46,128 bases of DNA from positions 1 through 46,128 of the forward strand of contig JBDGSE010000041.1 of the NCBI GenBank assembly GCA_042217695.1, given 5' to 3'. This document shows, piece after piece, positions 7,086 through 15,596 of the stretch. Under the pieces are notes generated by a model. That model was not told the origin of the DNA and searched no databases. It saw only the letters and a list, made by a program, of their open reading frames with translations. The position numbers and the translations under genes are program-made. Within the stretch, counting starts at the first letter, position 1, and the number at the start of each line of letters is the position of its first letter. Origin of the DNA: Candidatus Nanohaloarchaea archaeon. GTDB lineage: Archaea; Nanohalarchaeota; Nanosalinia; Nanosalinales; Nanosalinaceae.

Positions 7086-9213
7086 CTACTATCCCTCCGA
7101 AAAGCATGCTTATTATCAGTAGCGTGACGGTGTAGAAGAACATCCCGGATATAAGGACTTTGCCGGTGAAGAGGTTCTTATAGGTTTTATCCTCTCCATG
7201 TGTGATCTTCATGTAGAATATGCCGAGCAGGTAGAGCAGCTGGATAAGGTATATCCCAACGACGAACTGGAGCAGTTCCGGCGGGATGACGTTTTGCAGG
7301 TTCTTTAGCAGTCCTGCGCCAGCCAGCGTGGTCTCCCCCGAGTTTGGAAGGTTGGACTGGGTCTGGTTGAACTTTTCAGAGAGGCTGAAAAGGGCAGTGG
7401 TCAGTGTCTGGGACATGCCTACTGCGACGCCAGAGATTATCGGTGCGAGCATGTAGGCCAGTAACTGTATCGTTGTTGTGGTGTCCTCCATCAGGTCGTT
7501 CAGTGTTTCCTGTGTCTGGTGGATGTTCTTCAGGTAACGGGATATGGTCATCATCGCCGTGGACGCCATCTCGGTTCCCTTCTCCGAGGATTCCATGATC
7601 GCTTTCATCACGGTCTTGATCATCTGACTGGGGAACTCTCTTAGAGCACCGTAATCCTCGTCGAATATGGCGTCCTCGAAGGTCATACCCATCTCCCGGA
7701 CGTTCTCCGAGGCCTCCTTGAAGAGATCGGATATCTCCAGGTCGGAGGTCGACTCCGCGGCCTCTTCCAGGGCTAGTTCGACCGGTGTTCCGCCGGATAT
7801 CTTGTTCCCGAGTTCGAACAGCGCGTTCGGGAACTGGCTCTCTATCTTCTCCAGTTTCTCCTCCGCCTGTTTTCTCTCAAGGCTCCCCAGGGCCTTTGTC
7901 ACGCCTATCCCCAGGCCCAGCCCGAATGTTATGGAGAGGCTTCTCAGCAGCATGGGTAGTGGTGCGAGCGAATCCCCTGAGAGGAAGAGGCCGGGAACGT
8001 TTCTGGCCTGGAAGCTGTCAACGGGGTAGAAGTGGGGATATATCAGGTAACCTATGAAGCCGTAGAACCCTACTATGAGGAATATCATGGCGCCCAGCGG
8101 CCAGACTGGGAACCTGAACTCTCTCCCCGCCAGCGAAACAGTGTAGCGTCCTCGTTCAGGAAGGGTGTATCCTTCCACGGGTTCGGTGGCGACGGTTGGA
8201 GGCCTCGAACTCAGGGTGCGCTGCATGAACCAGTAGAGGAATCCTGGCAGCAGAACGTTGAACATTATGATCAGGTGGAGCGGTGTTATGGCTCCTCCCA
8301 TGAACGCGGATATAAGAGGGAGCATTATCATCCCGAGCACAGGGAGCATCGCGCCCATCGCGTTGATTATCATGACAGGGGTCTCAAGGTTCTGGGCGTA
8401 GTGCTTCATCTTTTCCTGTGTGCCCTCCAGGATGTTGTCGATGGAGTCCTGCAGCATCTGCTCCCGCCGGTCAGCGTTCGGCTCGTTCATCGCTGCCTTC
8501 AACATGTTGAGCGACTCCAGGAAGTCATCGTTGTAGTCCTTCCATCTCTTCGTGTAGTCCTCCAGGGCGTTCTCTATCCGGTTGTAATTGCCGACTTCCA
8601 GGTCCCAGAGCACGCCTTTCAGGTCCTTTGCTATAGGTCCCTCCAGGTTCAGGGCTGCGAACCTTACTGCGCCTTCCAGGTTGGGAGAGCTCCGCATGTA
8701 GACGACCATGTAGAGCACTGCCAGTATCATCTCCCCGCTGCTCTGGATGACCTTGTTCTTGGCGGCGTACACCGGCTTCATATAGGTGTAGAACCCTGCG
8801 GTCACCGGTACGGAGAGAAGGATAAGCATCAGGGAGGCGGGGAACAGGAAATTCAGTAGAACCGCGTCTATAACAAAGAAGACGGTCCATGCAAAGAACG
8901 TGGAGATGAACATCCCGATGGAGGCGGAGAGGACCATGCCCGGGGTTATATCCCACCCCATCAGGTTTATCGCCGGGGTCAACTTTTTGTGGGTGGTTTC
9001 TCCTGCCTTAAGGTTGAGGATGTTGGCAAACGCGAAGCACAGTTCCTCATAGGTTGTAGTGTCCCGGGCATGTTCCTCCTCTTCCCTGTACTCCTTGTAG
9101 GCGCGCGAGTATTTCCTCCCTCCGGAGACGTTGTCGTAGGGAGGCATCTGGACCTCCCGGTCCAGGTTCTCCAGTATATCGTTTATCTTTTCCTTCTTCT
9201 CTTCGTCGTCCAT
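7072..9213 (-). CDS. Type IV pilus membrane platform protein (PilC/TadC/ArlJ, T2SSF family)
   Basis: Two T2SSF-like cytoplasmic domains (SPNLEGAVRFA; FPNALFELGNKISGGTPVELAL), many TM helices, directly downstream of the ATPase. Confidence 0.9.
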   Translation of the reverse strand: MDDEEKKEKINDILENLDREVQMPPYDNVSGGRKYSRAYKEYREEEEHARDTTTYEELCFAFANILNLKAGETTHKKLTPAINLMGWDITPGMVLSASIGMFISTFFAWTVFFVIDAVLLNFLFPASLMLILLSVPVTAGFYTYMKPVYAAKNKVIQSSGEMILAVLYMVVYMRSSPNLEGAVRFAALNLEGPIAKDLKGVLWDLEVGNYNRIENALEDYTKRWKDYNDDFLESLNMLKAAMNEPNADRREQMLQDSIDNILEGTQEKMKHYAQNLETPVMIINAMGAMLPVLGMIMLPLISAFMGGAITPLHLIIMFNVLLPGFLYWFMQRTLSSRPPTVATEPVEGYTLPERGRYTVSLAGREFRFPVWPLGAMIFLIVGFYGFIGYLIYPHFYPVDSFQARNVPGLFLSGDSLAPLPMLLRSLSITFGLGLGIGVTKALGSLERKQAEEKLEKIESQFPNALFELGNKISGGTPVELALEEAAESTSDLEISDLFKEASENVREMGMTFEDAIFDEDYGALREFPSQMIKTVMKAIMESSEKGTEMASTAMMTISRYLKNIHQTQETLNDLMEDTTTTIQLLAYMLAPIISGVAVGMSQTLTTALFSLSEKFNQTQSNLPNSGETTLAGAGLLKNLQNVIPPELLQFVVGIYLIQLLYLLGIFYMKITHGEDKTYKNLFTGKVLISGMFFYTVTLLIISMLFGGIVDAIA

Positions 9214-9217
9214 CAGG

Positions 9218-11482
9218 TCACACCTGCTGGTCCAGCCATTCTTTCCACCGGGCGTAGACCCTTTCCGTGTCCTGTTCGCCGTACTCCTCCCTTACGCGTT
9301 CTGCAAGCAGGTGGTATTTCTGGTTTGCCTGGACCACGAACTCCGCCTCAAGTAGCTCGGGGTTTTCCGTCTCGTTAGCCTTCTCCACCAGCTCCTGCTT
9401 GATCTGTTTCCGGAGCTGTATGTTGTCCCAGACCGCCTCCCAGTCGTTCTTCCACTCACGGATGTTCTCCGCTATCCTGTTCAGTATCAGTGATTCGCCG
9501 TTGAGCAGTTCGTCTGTCGGGACTAGCTCGTCTTCGTTGCTGTCGTAACGCATCAGGTCTACAAAGGCGTTCTCTTCCTGTGGATCCTCGGTCCACTCCT
9601 TCCTTACCTCGGTTATGCCCGTAACCCGGCGATAGGTCTCCAGTCCGTCCGGGCTCCGTATCTTGTTGACGCTGACGATGATGTCCGTCGCCTTGAACGA
9701 TGTCGGCGGGACATCCAGATCGTTCACCACCCTGTCAAACACGGAGTAGGCGTCCTCGCCGTGGATGGTTCCCCCGACGAAGTTCGCGACCGCACCTACA
9801 CGCATGGCCTCGTAGAGAGCCTGGGCCTCGTCGGAACGTACCTCTCCGATGACCAGTGCAGAGTCTCCCAGTCTCAGCGAGGTCCTGATGGCTTCATCTG
9901 CAGGTATCTCGTTTTCGACGTTGGTGATAACGGACCGGGATTTCATGCGCTCCACGTTGAAACCCAGATCCTTCATCTGAGGTATCGGGAGCTCCAGTGT
10001 GTCCTCAACGGTTACTATCCGGTGGTTCTTCATTATCTCAAGCATGGCCGCGCCCAGCAGAGAGGTTTTCCCTGCTCCCCGGGTACCCGCGAACAGCACG
10101 GAGCGATTGCCGTCAACGATGAAGGACAGAAGCGCGGCTCCAAGCGGGTTTATCATGTTGTTGTCGATGAAGAGAGGCAGTGTCCAGGCCTTGGAGCGGT
10201 GCCTCCTGAAGGCGAACGCAAGTCCCTCCGGCGACAGACTCTCCTGTATCACTGCTACACGGGCGCGTCCACCAGGGACCTCTGCCTCCGTGTCGAGTAC
10301 CGGGTTCGCCTCGTCGAGAGGTCTGCCGGAACGTATCCTGAAACGGGTGGCCCATGACTCGGCCTCGTCCTTTGTAGGTATCAGGTTTGTCTCGCATTCC
10401 CCGTAGTCCTGGTGTGTCACGAATATAGGGGACTGGCCTATCGGCGAGTTGATGTAGACATCTTCGATTTTTGGGTCTGCTATAAGAAGTTCAAGCACCC
10501 CGAGCCCTGAAGTGTACCGGTTCAGTATAGAGGCCAGGTTTTCCAGTTCTTCCATGGACAGGTTGAGCCCCATCTGGGAGGCTATATCTCTCAGCATGTC
10601 GCGTCCGATGTTCTCGAATACTTCGTTCATCCTTTCGGGGCGTGCGAACTCGCCCTCCTCGGGCTGGTGTTCTGCCATGAACCTTCTCGCCGCGTCGAGT
10701 AACGTGTACTTCTCCTCCGGGAGAGAGAACTCGGGAGGGTCGACATGGTAGACGGGCCTGGTCTGGTCCGGTACCTGGTAGACCGAGACCTCTATATCGT
10801 TCCTTATATCGTATCTGTCGATCTCCTCTCCCCGTTCAGGGGGCAGGGACATGTACTTGGTAAGCATGAAGTTTGGACGGACAAGAGGGTGGAAGAATTC
10901 ACGGTAGATCTCTCTGTCGCCGACGTGGTGGCCTGTCAGGTATGGTTCCGCCCTTTGAATCATGTTGCACTCCTCCAGCCGTTCCTTGACAGGGTCTAGA
11001 ACGTCCTGTATGAAGTATTTCAGGCACCGCTGTTCCTGGGGGTAGGCGTTCTCCCGGTCCTGTTTGAGGTGGCGTTTCTTTCTTCTCAGGCGGACGTACG
11101 CGCCGACAGGGTCTCGCCGGAGCTGGTCGAATATCATCTCCTGGACCTCCGGCAGGTGCTGCGAGTAAACGTTATCGCAGTTCTCGGTCTTTATGTTCTG
11201 CGACAGGTAGCCCTGGCTGGATATATCCTGTATGGCGTCCGCTATCTCTCTCAGAAGGCGTACCTGCTCCTCGTCGTACTCGTAGTCCCGGGACTCTGAG
11301 AGAACCACGGAAGTGGCCTCCGGGATTTCCTGCAGGATGTTGATGACACGCGACATCACTTGCGGGTAGTCCTCGATGGAGGCCCCGTAGACCGAGCCCA
11401 GGGTATTGACCTCTACTGTACCTGACTCCTCGTCGTATTCGTACTCGAAAACGTCTTGATCCGTTGCAGCCATACCCAGCAT
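9218..11482 (-). CDS. Type II/IV secretion system ATPase (PilB/ArlI/CpaF family)
   Basis: Walker A GTRGAGKT, Asp box TVEDTLEL, Walker B LVIGEVR, His box GTIHG; long N-terminal extension. Confidence 0.95.
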   Translation of the reverse strand: MLGMAATDQDVFEYEYDEESGTVEVNTLGSVYGASIEDYPQVMSRVINILQEIPEATSVVLSESRDYEYDEEQVRLLREIADAIQDISSQGYLSQNIKTENCDNVYSQHLPEVQEMIFDQLRRDPVGAYVRLRRKKRHLKQDRENAYPQEQRCLKYFIQDVLDPVKERLEECNMIQRAEPYLTGHHVGDREIYREFFHPLVRPNFMLTKYMSLPPERGEEIDRYDIRNDIEVSVYQVPDQTRPVYHVDPPEFSLPEEKYTLLDAARRFMAEHQPEEGEFARPERMNEVFENIGRDMLRDIASQMGLNLSMEELENLASILNRYTSGLGVLELLIADPKIEDVYINSPIGQSPIFVTHQDYGECETNLIPTKDEAESWATRFRIRSGRPLDEANPVLDTEAEVPGGRARVAVIQESLSPEGLAFAFRRHRSKAWTLPLFIDNNMINPLGAALLSFIVDGNRSVLFAGTRGAGKTSLLGAAMLEIMKNHRIVTVEDTLELPIPQMKDLGFNVERMKSRSVITNVENEIPADEAIRTSLRLGDSALVIGEVRSDEAQALYEAMRVGAVANFVGGTIHGEDAYSVFDRVVNDLDVPPTSFKATDIIVSVNKIRSPDGLETYRRVTGITEVRKEWTEDPQEENAFVDLMRYDSNEDELVPTDELLNGESLILNRIAENIREWKNDWEAVWDNIQLRKQIKQELVEKANETENPELLEAEFVVQANQKYHLLAERVREEYGEQDTERVYARWKEWLDQQV

Positions 11483-11514
11483 TATTATTCGGGTGGCGCT
11501 AAAATAAAAGTGGG

Positions 11515-11952
11515 ATGGCTCAACAGGACCTGCTGAACCAGATTGTTAACCGGGTCAACGATTTCAACAGGCGTATCCGTGACCTGGAGGAGAAGGTGCG
11601 TAACCTTAACGCGCGTGTGAACACTCTTGACGATTCTCTGCTCAAGAAGACCAAGTCGCTGAGTGACGACATACAGGATCTGAACGATGACCTGAGCGAA
11701 GTGAGAGACAGGATCGCCAACATGGAGGTGGACATCAAGGAGATAAACCGGGAGAAGCGGAAGTTCGTGACTTCCCAGGAGATAGAGGAGATAGAGAACT
11801 ACATGGACCTTATGAACCCGATACAGTCCTCATTCACTACGGAAAGCGAGGTTAAAAAGCTGGTCGAGGAGCATTCTTCCGGGGGAGACGGCCTGACAAA
11901 GGAGGAAGTCGAGCGTATCGTGGACAGAAAGATAAAAAAGCTGGAAGAATAA
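11515..11952 (+). CDS. Coiled-coil protein divergent from the pilus ATPase
   Basis: Heptad repeats over about 75 aa, then YMDLMNP; acidic composition consistent with a real gene. Confidence 0.85.
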   Translation: MAQQDLLNQIVNRVNDFNRRIRDLEEKVRNLNARVNTLDDSLLKKTKSLSDDIQDLNDDLSEVRDRIANMEVDIKEINREKRKFVTSQEIEEIENYMDLMNPIQSSFTTESEVKKLVEEHSSGGDGLTKEEVERIVDRKIKKLEE

Positions 11953-12011
11953 CTCGTTTATAAGCTAATAAAAAGCTGGAAAACTCTTTAACAGTTAGAA
12001 GGACGAAAAAC

Positions 12012-12929
12012 ATGAAGTTCAAACTTTTTGGGCGGCTTCGGGACAACGATGAAGAGACCGGTTCCTCTGACTCCGCTGGTTTCGGCGGAGGCGGTTTCGG
12101 CGACAACGGAGGAGGTTCCGGAAACCCTGGTTCCTCTGATTCTGGTGGTTTCGGCGGAGGCGGTGGTCTGGAACGCACGGTCCAGAACATGTTCTCCCAG
12201 GGATACTCCGAGGAGGAGATAAAGGAAGAACTGCAGGGACAGTACTCCCAGACAGAGATAGAGAGGGCGATAAACAATACAGTTACCTCCTCTGCGACAG
12301 GGGAGCTCGACGACGATGACGCACCTGAACCTATGACGCCGTACCAGCAACAGAGCGACGAGGCTGTAAGCCCGATGGATGAAGGATACCAGAACGATAA
12401 CTCGGACAACGGTAACGACTTCCAAAACTCCCAGCAGCAGTCCGGAGGGTTTGATTCCGGCCAGATGCAGCTACAGCAACAGCAACAACAGCAACAGCGG
12501 CCACAGCAGTCACAACCCCAGCAGCAGGCTGGAGATACTGTGGACCCTGCTGTGGAAGAGCTTATAGAGACCATAGTTGCCGAGAACTTTCAACGTGTGG
12601 AGGAGGAGTTCGAAAACGTATACCAGGAACTCGACATAATAGAGGAGAAACTTGAGGACCTGGATCGGCGTGTCCACGATCTGGAGGTCCGGGGTGATGA
12701 AGATCAGCAGGAGTTCGTGCAGAAGGTCGACGAGATAGAGGATCACATCGACTCCTACGAGTCGCGGATCGGAGGGCTGGAGAAAGCTTTCCAGCAGGTT
12801 CTTCCGTCCCTGGTCGACAACGTGAGAGACCTCACCAACCTGGTACAGGAGATAAAACAGGAGAGAGGTATAGAGACGGAGACAAATGTTTCTCAGGAGG
12901 AAATGGACTCGCTTGAAGAGGAGTGGTGA
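12012..12929 (+). CDS. Coiled-coil protein with Gly-rich and poly-Gln disordered N-terminal half
   Basis: GSSDSxGFGGGG twice, Q-tract, C-terminal heptads ending IGGLEKAFQQVLPSLVDNV. Confidence 0.85.
   Translation: MKFKLFGRLRDNDEETGSSDSAGFGGGGFGDNGGGSGNPGSSDSGGFGGGGGLERTVQNMFSQGYSEEEIKEELQGQYSQTEIERAINNTVTSSATGELDDDDAPEPMTPYQQQSDEAVSPMDEGYQNDNSDNGNDFQNSQQQSGGFDSGQMQLQQQQQQQQRPQQSQPQQQAGDTVDPAVEELIETIVAENFQRVEEEFENVYQELDIIEEKLEDLDRRVHDLEVRGDEDQQEFVQKVDEIEDHIDSYESRIGGLEKAFQQVLPSLVDNVRDLTNLVQEIKQERGIETETNVSQEEMDSLEEEW
12060..12164 (+). repeat. 36-nt intragenic duplication (12060-12095 and 12129-12164)
   Basis: ggttcctctga(c/t)tc(c/t)g(c/g)tggtttcggcggaggcggt occurs twice. Confidence 0.85.
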
Positions 12930-12932
12930 CTC

Positions 12933-13427
12933 TCAGACTTCCTGTGTTGTCAGGTAGACGATTATCATCACGAAGATCAGTGTAAGGATCGGCATAACCA
13001 CTTCATCGAACAGGTTGCCTCCACCGGTCACCGCGCCGCTGCTGCCGTACCGCACCAGAGCGCTCAGGAACGATATCACTGCGATACCTCCTCCGAATAT
13101 CCATGGAAGCGACCAGGACCCTCCCATATCCTCGAGGTCCTGACCTGCCACTCCCAGCAGTATCAGGAGCGCAAGCATGCCAAAGATACCGAACGCTATG
13201 TCTGCAGCGAAGTGCGACCACATCCCTGGAGGGGCGAACCGGTTCACACCGATGATGGCAAGGAAGGCGAGCGCTATGGCTATAGCTCCGTTTACCTGTG
13301 CCTCGTCGCTGACCACGTTGTATTTGTTCAGCAACCCGTAGGTCACCGCAAGCATCAGCAGCCATGGAAGGAAAAGGTTGAACCCGGCTTCCGCCATGGT
13401 CTGCACCACTGATTGGAAAAATCCCAT
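12933..13427 (-). CDS. Multi-pass membrane protein, 'LP(F/W)..Y' module paralogue 1
   Basis: About 5 hydrophobic helices; LFLPWLLMLAVTYGLL ... NGAIAIALAFL. Confidence 0.85.
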   Translation of the reverse strand: MGFFQSVVQTMAEAGFNLFLPWLLMLAVTYGLLNKYNVVSDEAQVNGAIAIALAFLAIIGVNRFAPPGMWSHFAADIAFGIFGMLALLILLGVAGQDLEDMGGSWSLPWIFGGGIAVISFLSALVRYGSSGAVTGGGNLFDEVVMPILTLIFVMIIVYLTTQEV

Positions 13428-13433
13428 GTATCA

Positions 13434-13964
13434 TCACTCCGTTCCGAACATCCCACCTTCCTGATCTGTGGAGGTCCAGTAGACCAGGGCCCCGACTATG
13501 ACCAGCCAGACCAGTCCGGATTCAAAGAAGGCCTGGATCGCCTGGCCGAACGGTATCTGGTAGGGGAATATCGCCTTTAAGCCCCCGGTGAACGTGAAGA
13601 CAGATAGTACGGCCAGTATCAGTATTATCCCGAGGCCTGTCTTGTGGTCGTTTATCAGTTCGGTTGCCCCGGCCATTCCGAGTATGGTCATTACACCGAG
13701 CAGCCCGATGAATCCAACGGTCAGTCTACCGAAGAACTGGACAAAGAACTTCTGGTAGAACGGTTTCTGCGCTATGAACTGTGCCGCGAAGAACGCCACG
13801 GCCAGCGCGATTATCGCAGGTGCGTTGTTCTCGTCGCCGAATAAGTCGACGTTCCGGAGGGCGAAGAGCGCCACCACGTACGTTACCACGAACGGTAACA
13901 GCAGCGTGAAGAAGTCCATCTGCTGGAGTGTCTGCAGGAACCCTCCGAAAGTCGCGACGGCCAC
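13434..13964 (-). CDS. Multi-pass membrane protein, 'LPF..Y' module paralogue 2
   Basis: About 5 hydrophobic helices; LLLPFVVTYVVALFAL ... PAIIALAVAFF. Confidence 0.85.
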   Translation of the reverse strand: MAVATFGGFLQTLQQMDFFTLLLPFVVTYVVALFALRNVDLFGDENNAPAIIALAVAFFAAQFIAQKPFYQKFFVQFFGRLTVGFIGLLGVMTILGMAGATELINDHKTGLGIILILAVLSVFTFTGGLKAIFPYQIPFGQAIQAFFESGLVWLVIVGALVYWTSTDQEGGMFGTE

Positions 13965-13968
13965 TCAG

Positions 13969-14253
13969 CTATTCACCCTCTTCATGCTCGTGTTCGTCCG
14001 GGACCGAGTCCTGCGCCATGTACTGTCGCAGGTTCCTGTTGAGCAGCCATAGTTCGCGGCCTATGATCATCAGGCCCAGCATGACTATCCACTCGAATAT
14101 GAGCTTGCCCCAGCTAGTCCAGCTGAGTCCGCTGCTGGTCAGGAAAGCGTTGAGGGTTACAAATATGGCGCCGAACGACAGCACGCCGATAAGGAATTCG
14201 TCCAGTATGTTTTCTACCCTGTAAAGGAATTCGTGGAATTTCTGTTCTGGCAT
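13969..14253 (-). CDS. Small 2-TM membrane protein with acidic tail
   Basis: ATG at 14253 follows a GGTGA Shine-Dalgarno; two hydrophobic helices; ends EHEHEEGE. Confidence 0.8.
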   Translation of the reverse strand: MPEQKFHEFLYRVENILDEFLIGVLSFGAIFVTLNAFLTSSGLSWTSWGKLIFEWIVMLGLMIIGRELWLLNRNLRQYMAQDSVPDEHEHEEGE

Positions 14254-14262
14254 TTTAATCAC

Positions 14263-14412
14263 CTATGCCCATCCTCCTCCTGCCATTCCGCCGCCTTTCT
14301 GGCGGTCCTGGAACCATTTTATGATGTATCCGGCGGCCAGTCCGATCACCAGCACCTCAGGTGAAGTTGAGATCTTGGCCATCAAACCCGGCAGTGTTGT
14401 CGCGATAGGCAT
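14263..14412 (-). CDS. Micro membrane protein, 49 aa (not in ORF track)
   Basis: MPIATTLPGLMAKISTSPEVLVIGLAAGYIIKWFQDRQKGGGMAGGGWA*; fills the gap ahead of the operon, with a TTTAAA box upstream. Confidence 0.7.
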   Translation of the reverse strand: MPIATTLPGLMAKISTSPEVLVIGLAAGYIIKWFQDRQKGGGMAGGGWA

Positions 14413-14457
14413 TTTATTTTCCCTCTAAGACCTTTTTTCTACTCGGGGTTTAAATAA

Positions 14458-15555
14458 TTACACGGGCGCAGAGGTTTCTGTATCGTTTCCAAGGGTTTCT
14501 GGGGTTTCCGGTGTTTCAGGTTCCAGGTATCTCCCGGTCTCAAGTCGTTCTTCCAGGTGGCCCGAGTAGGTCCTTCTGTGGTACCCTGAAGGTTCCAGTT
14601 CCTTCTCCACCATGTCGGCTATCTCCGAGTCTATGTCCTGGTCCGAGGCACTCCTTATACCGTCGAGTCCCACGGTAGAGTTCACCTCCAAAACGGTTGT
14701 CTCACCGTCCGGCGTCACCGTGTAGTCTATTCCAAGTAGTCCGCCGCCGAGTGCATCCGCGGAGTCCCATAGGGTTTCGAACTCCTCCAGGTATAATTCG
14801 TCCGGGTCCCGGTAGGCTCCACCGTTGGCTATGTTCTTCGGCTCGTATTCCTCGCCCTCCCGGGTCTTCGTCTCTATTATCCTGTTCTCATGGCTTCCGG
14901 CGAAGACCACTGCGCGCCTCTCTTCTACACCGGTGTTCCAGTGGTCTATGCATTCCTCGTAGATCTTGTCGGTGTCGAACTCGAGGTCTTCCTCAGGGCG
15001 CAGTACTTCCACCTCTCTCCCGCGGGACTGGTCGTCAGGCTTCTTTATTACGGGTCCTTCCTCCAGCGCTGTCTCCACCTCTTCTTCAGTTGTGTATGTT
15101 TCCGGGGTCTGGACGCCGTGGCGTTTCAGGGCCTTCTTTGTCCTGTTTTTGTCGTTGCTGATGTCGGAGCCTTCCGGTGTGTTTATGAAGTCAAGTCCGT
15201 GCTCTGCGAGCTCTTCAAGTTCACCTGCGTGGTCCTCGAAACCTCTCTTGTTCCGGTGCAGAACAGTCTTGTCCTCGAGCAGGCTGGCGCTGACCCCATC
15301 GATGTATGCCTCGTTGTCCTGGTACTCGATGTCGTCCGAGTTGAACTGGTGTACGCTGTACCCCCGGTCCTCGAGTTCGTCGATAACAGGAGAGAGGGAG
15401 AGCTGTCTGTCGGCGGCGAGCAAAAGGTCTGAATCCATTATTTCAGGGGTTTCCCGGTCCTCGAGTCCGCCCCCTGCAACGAATTCCTCGTCTATCACGA
15501 TGTCGTTGCCGCCGTCCACGAACCAGCGGTAAAGCCATCCAATAAATCCCGTCAT
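14458..15555 (-). CDS. RimK/LysX-family ATP-grasp ligase
   Basis: NDK, IKKP..QSRGREV, NIANGG, GID and LEVN motifs all present. Confidence 0.85.
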   Translation of the reverse strand: MTGFIGWLYRWFVDGGNDIVIDEEFVAGGGLEDRETPEIMDSDLLLAADRQLSLSPVIDELEDRGYSVHQFNSDDIEYQDNEAYIDGVSASLLEDKTVLHRNKRGFEDHAGELEELAEHGLDFINTPEGSDISNDKNRTKKALKRHGVQTPETYTTEEEVETALEEGPVIKKPDDQSRGREVEVLRPEEDLEFDTDKIYEECIDHWNTGVEERRAVVFAGSHENRIIETKTREGEEYEPKNIANGGAYRDPDELYLEEFETLWDSADALGGGLLGIDYTVTPDGETTVLEVNSTVGLDGIRSASDQDIDSEIADMVEKELEPSGYHRRTYSGHLEERLETGRYLEPETPETPETLGNDTETSAPV

Positions 15556-15596
15556 ACAAGTTGTTGTAAATAAGTAACAACTTAAGCCTTTGGGTT

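Noticed and set aside
7072..11482. Archaellum or conjugative T4SS
   Set aside because: No archaellins, ArlH, ArlF/G, VirB4 or relaxase in the window; the many class III pilins indicate a type IV pilus
14263..15555. Graspetide RiPP cluster or LysW-dependent lysine pathway
   Set aside because: No precursor with repeated Thr/Lys-Asp/Glu cores, no Zn-ribbon LysW ending EDWGE, and no other pathway enzymes
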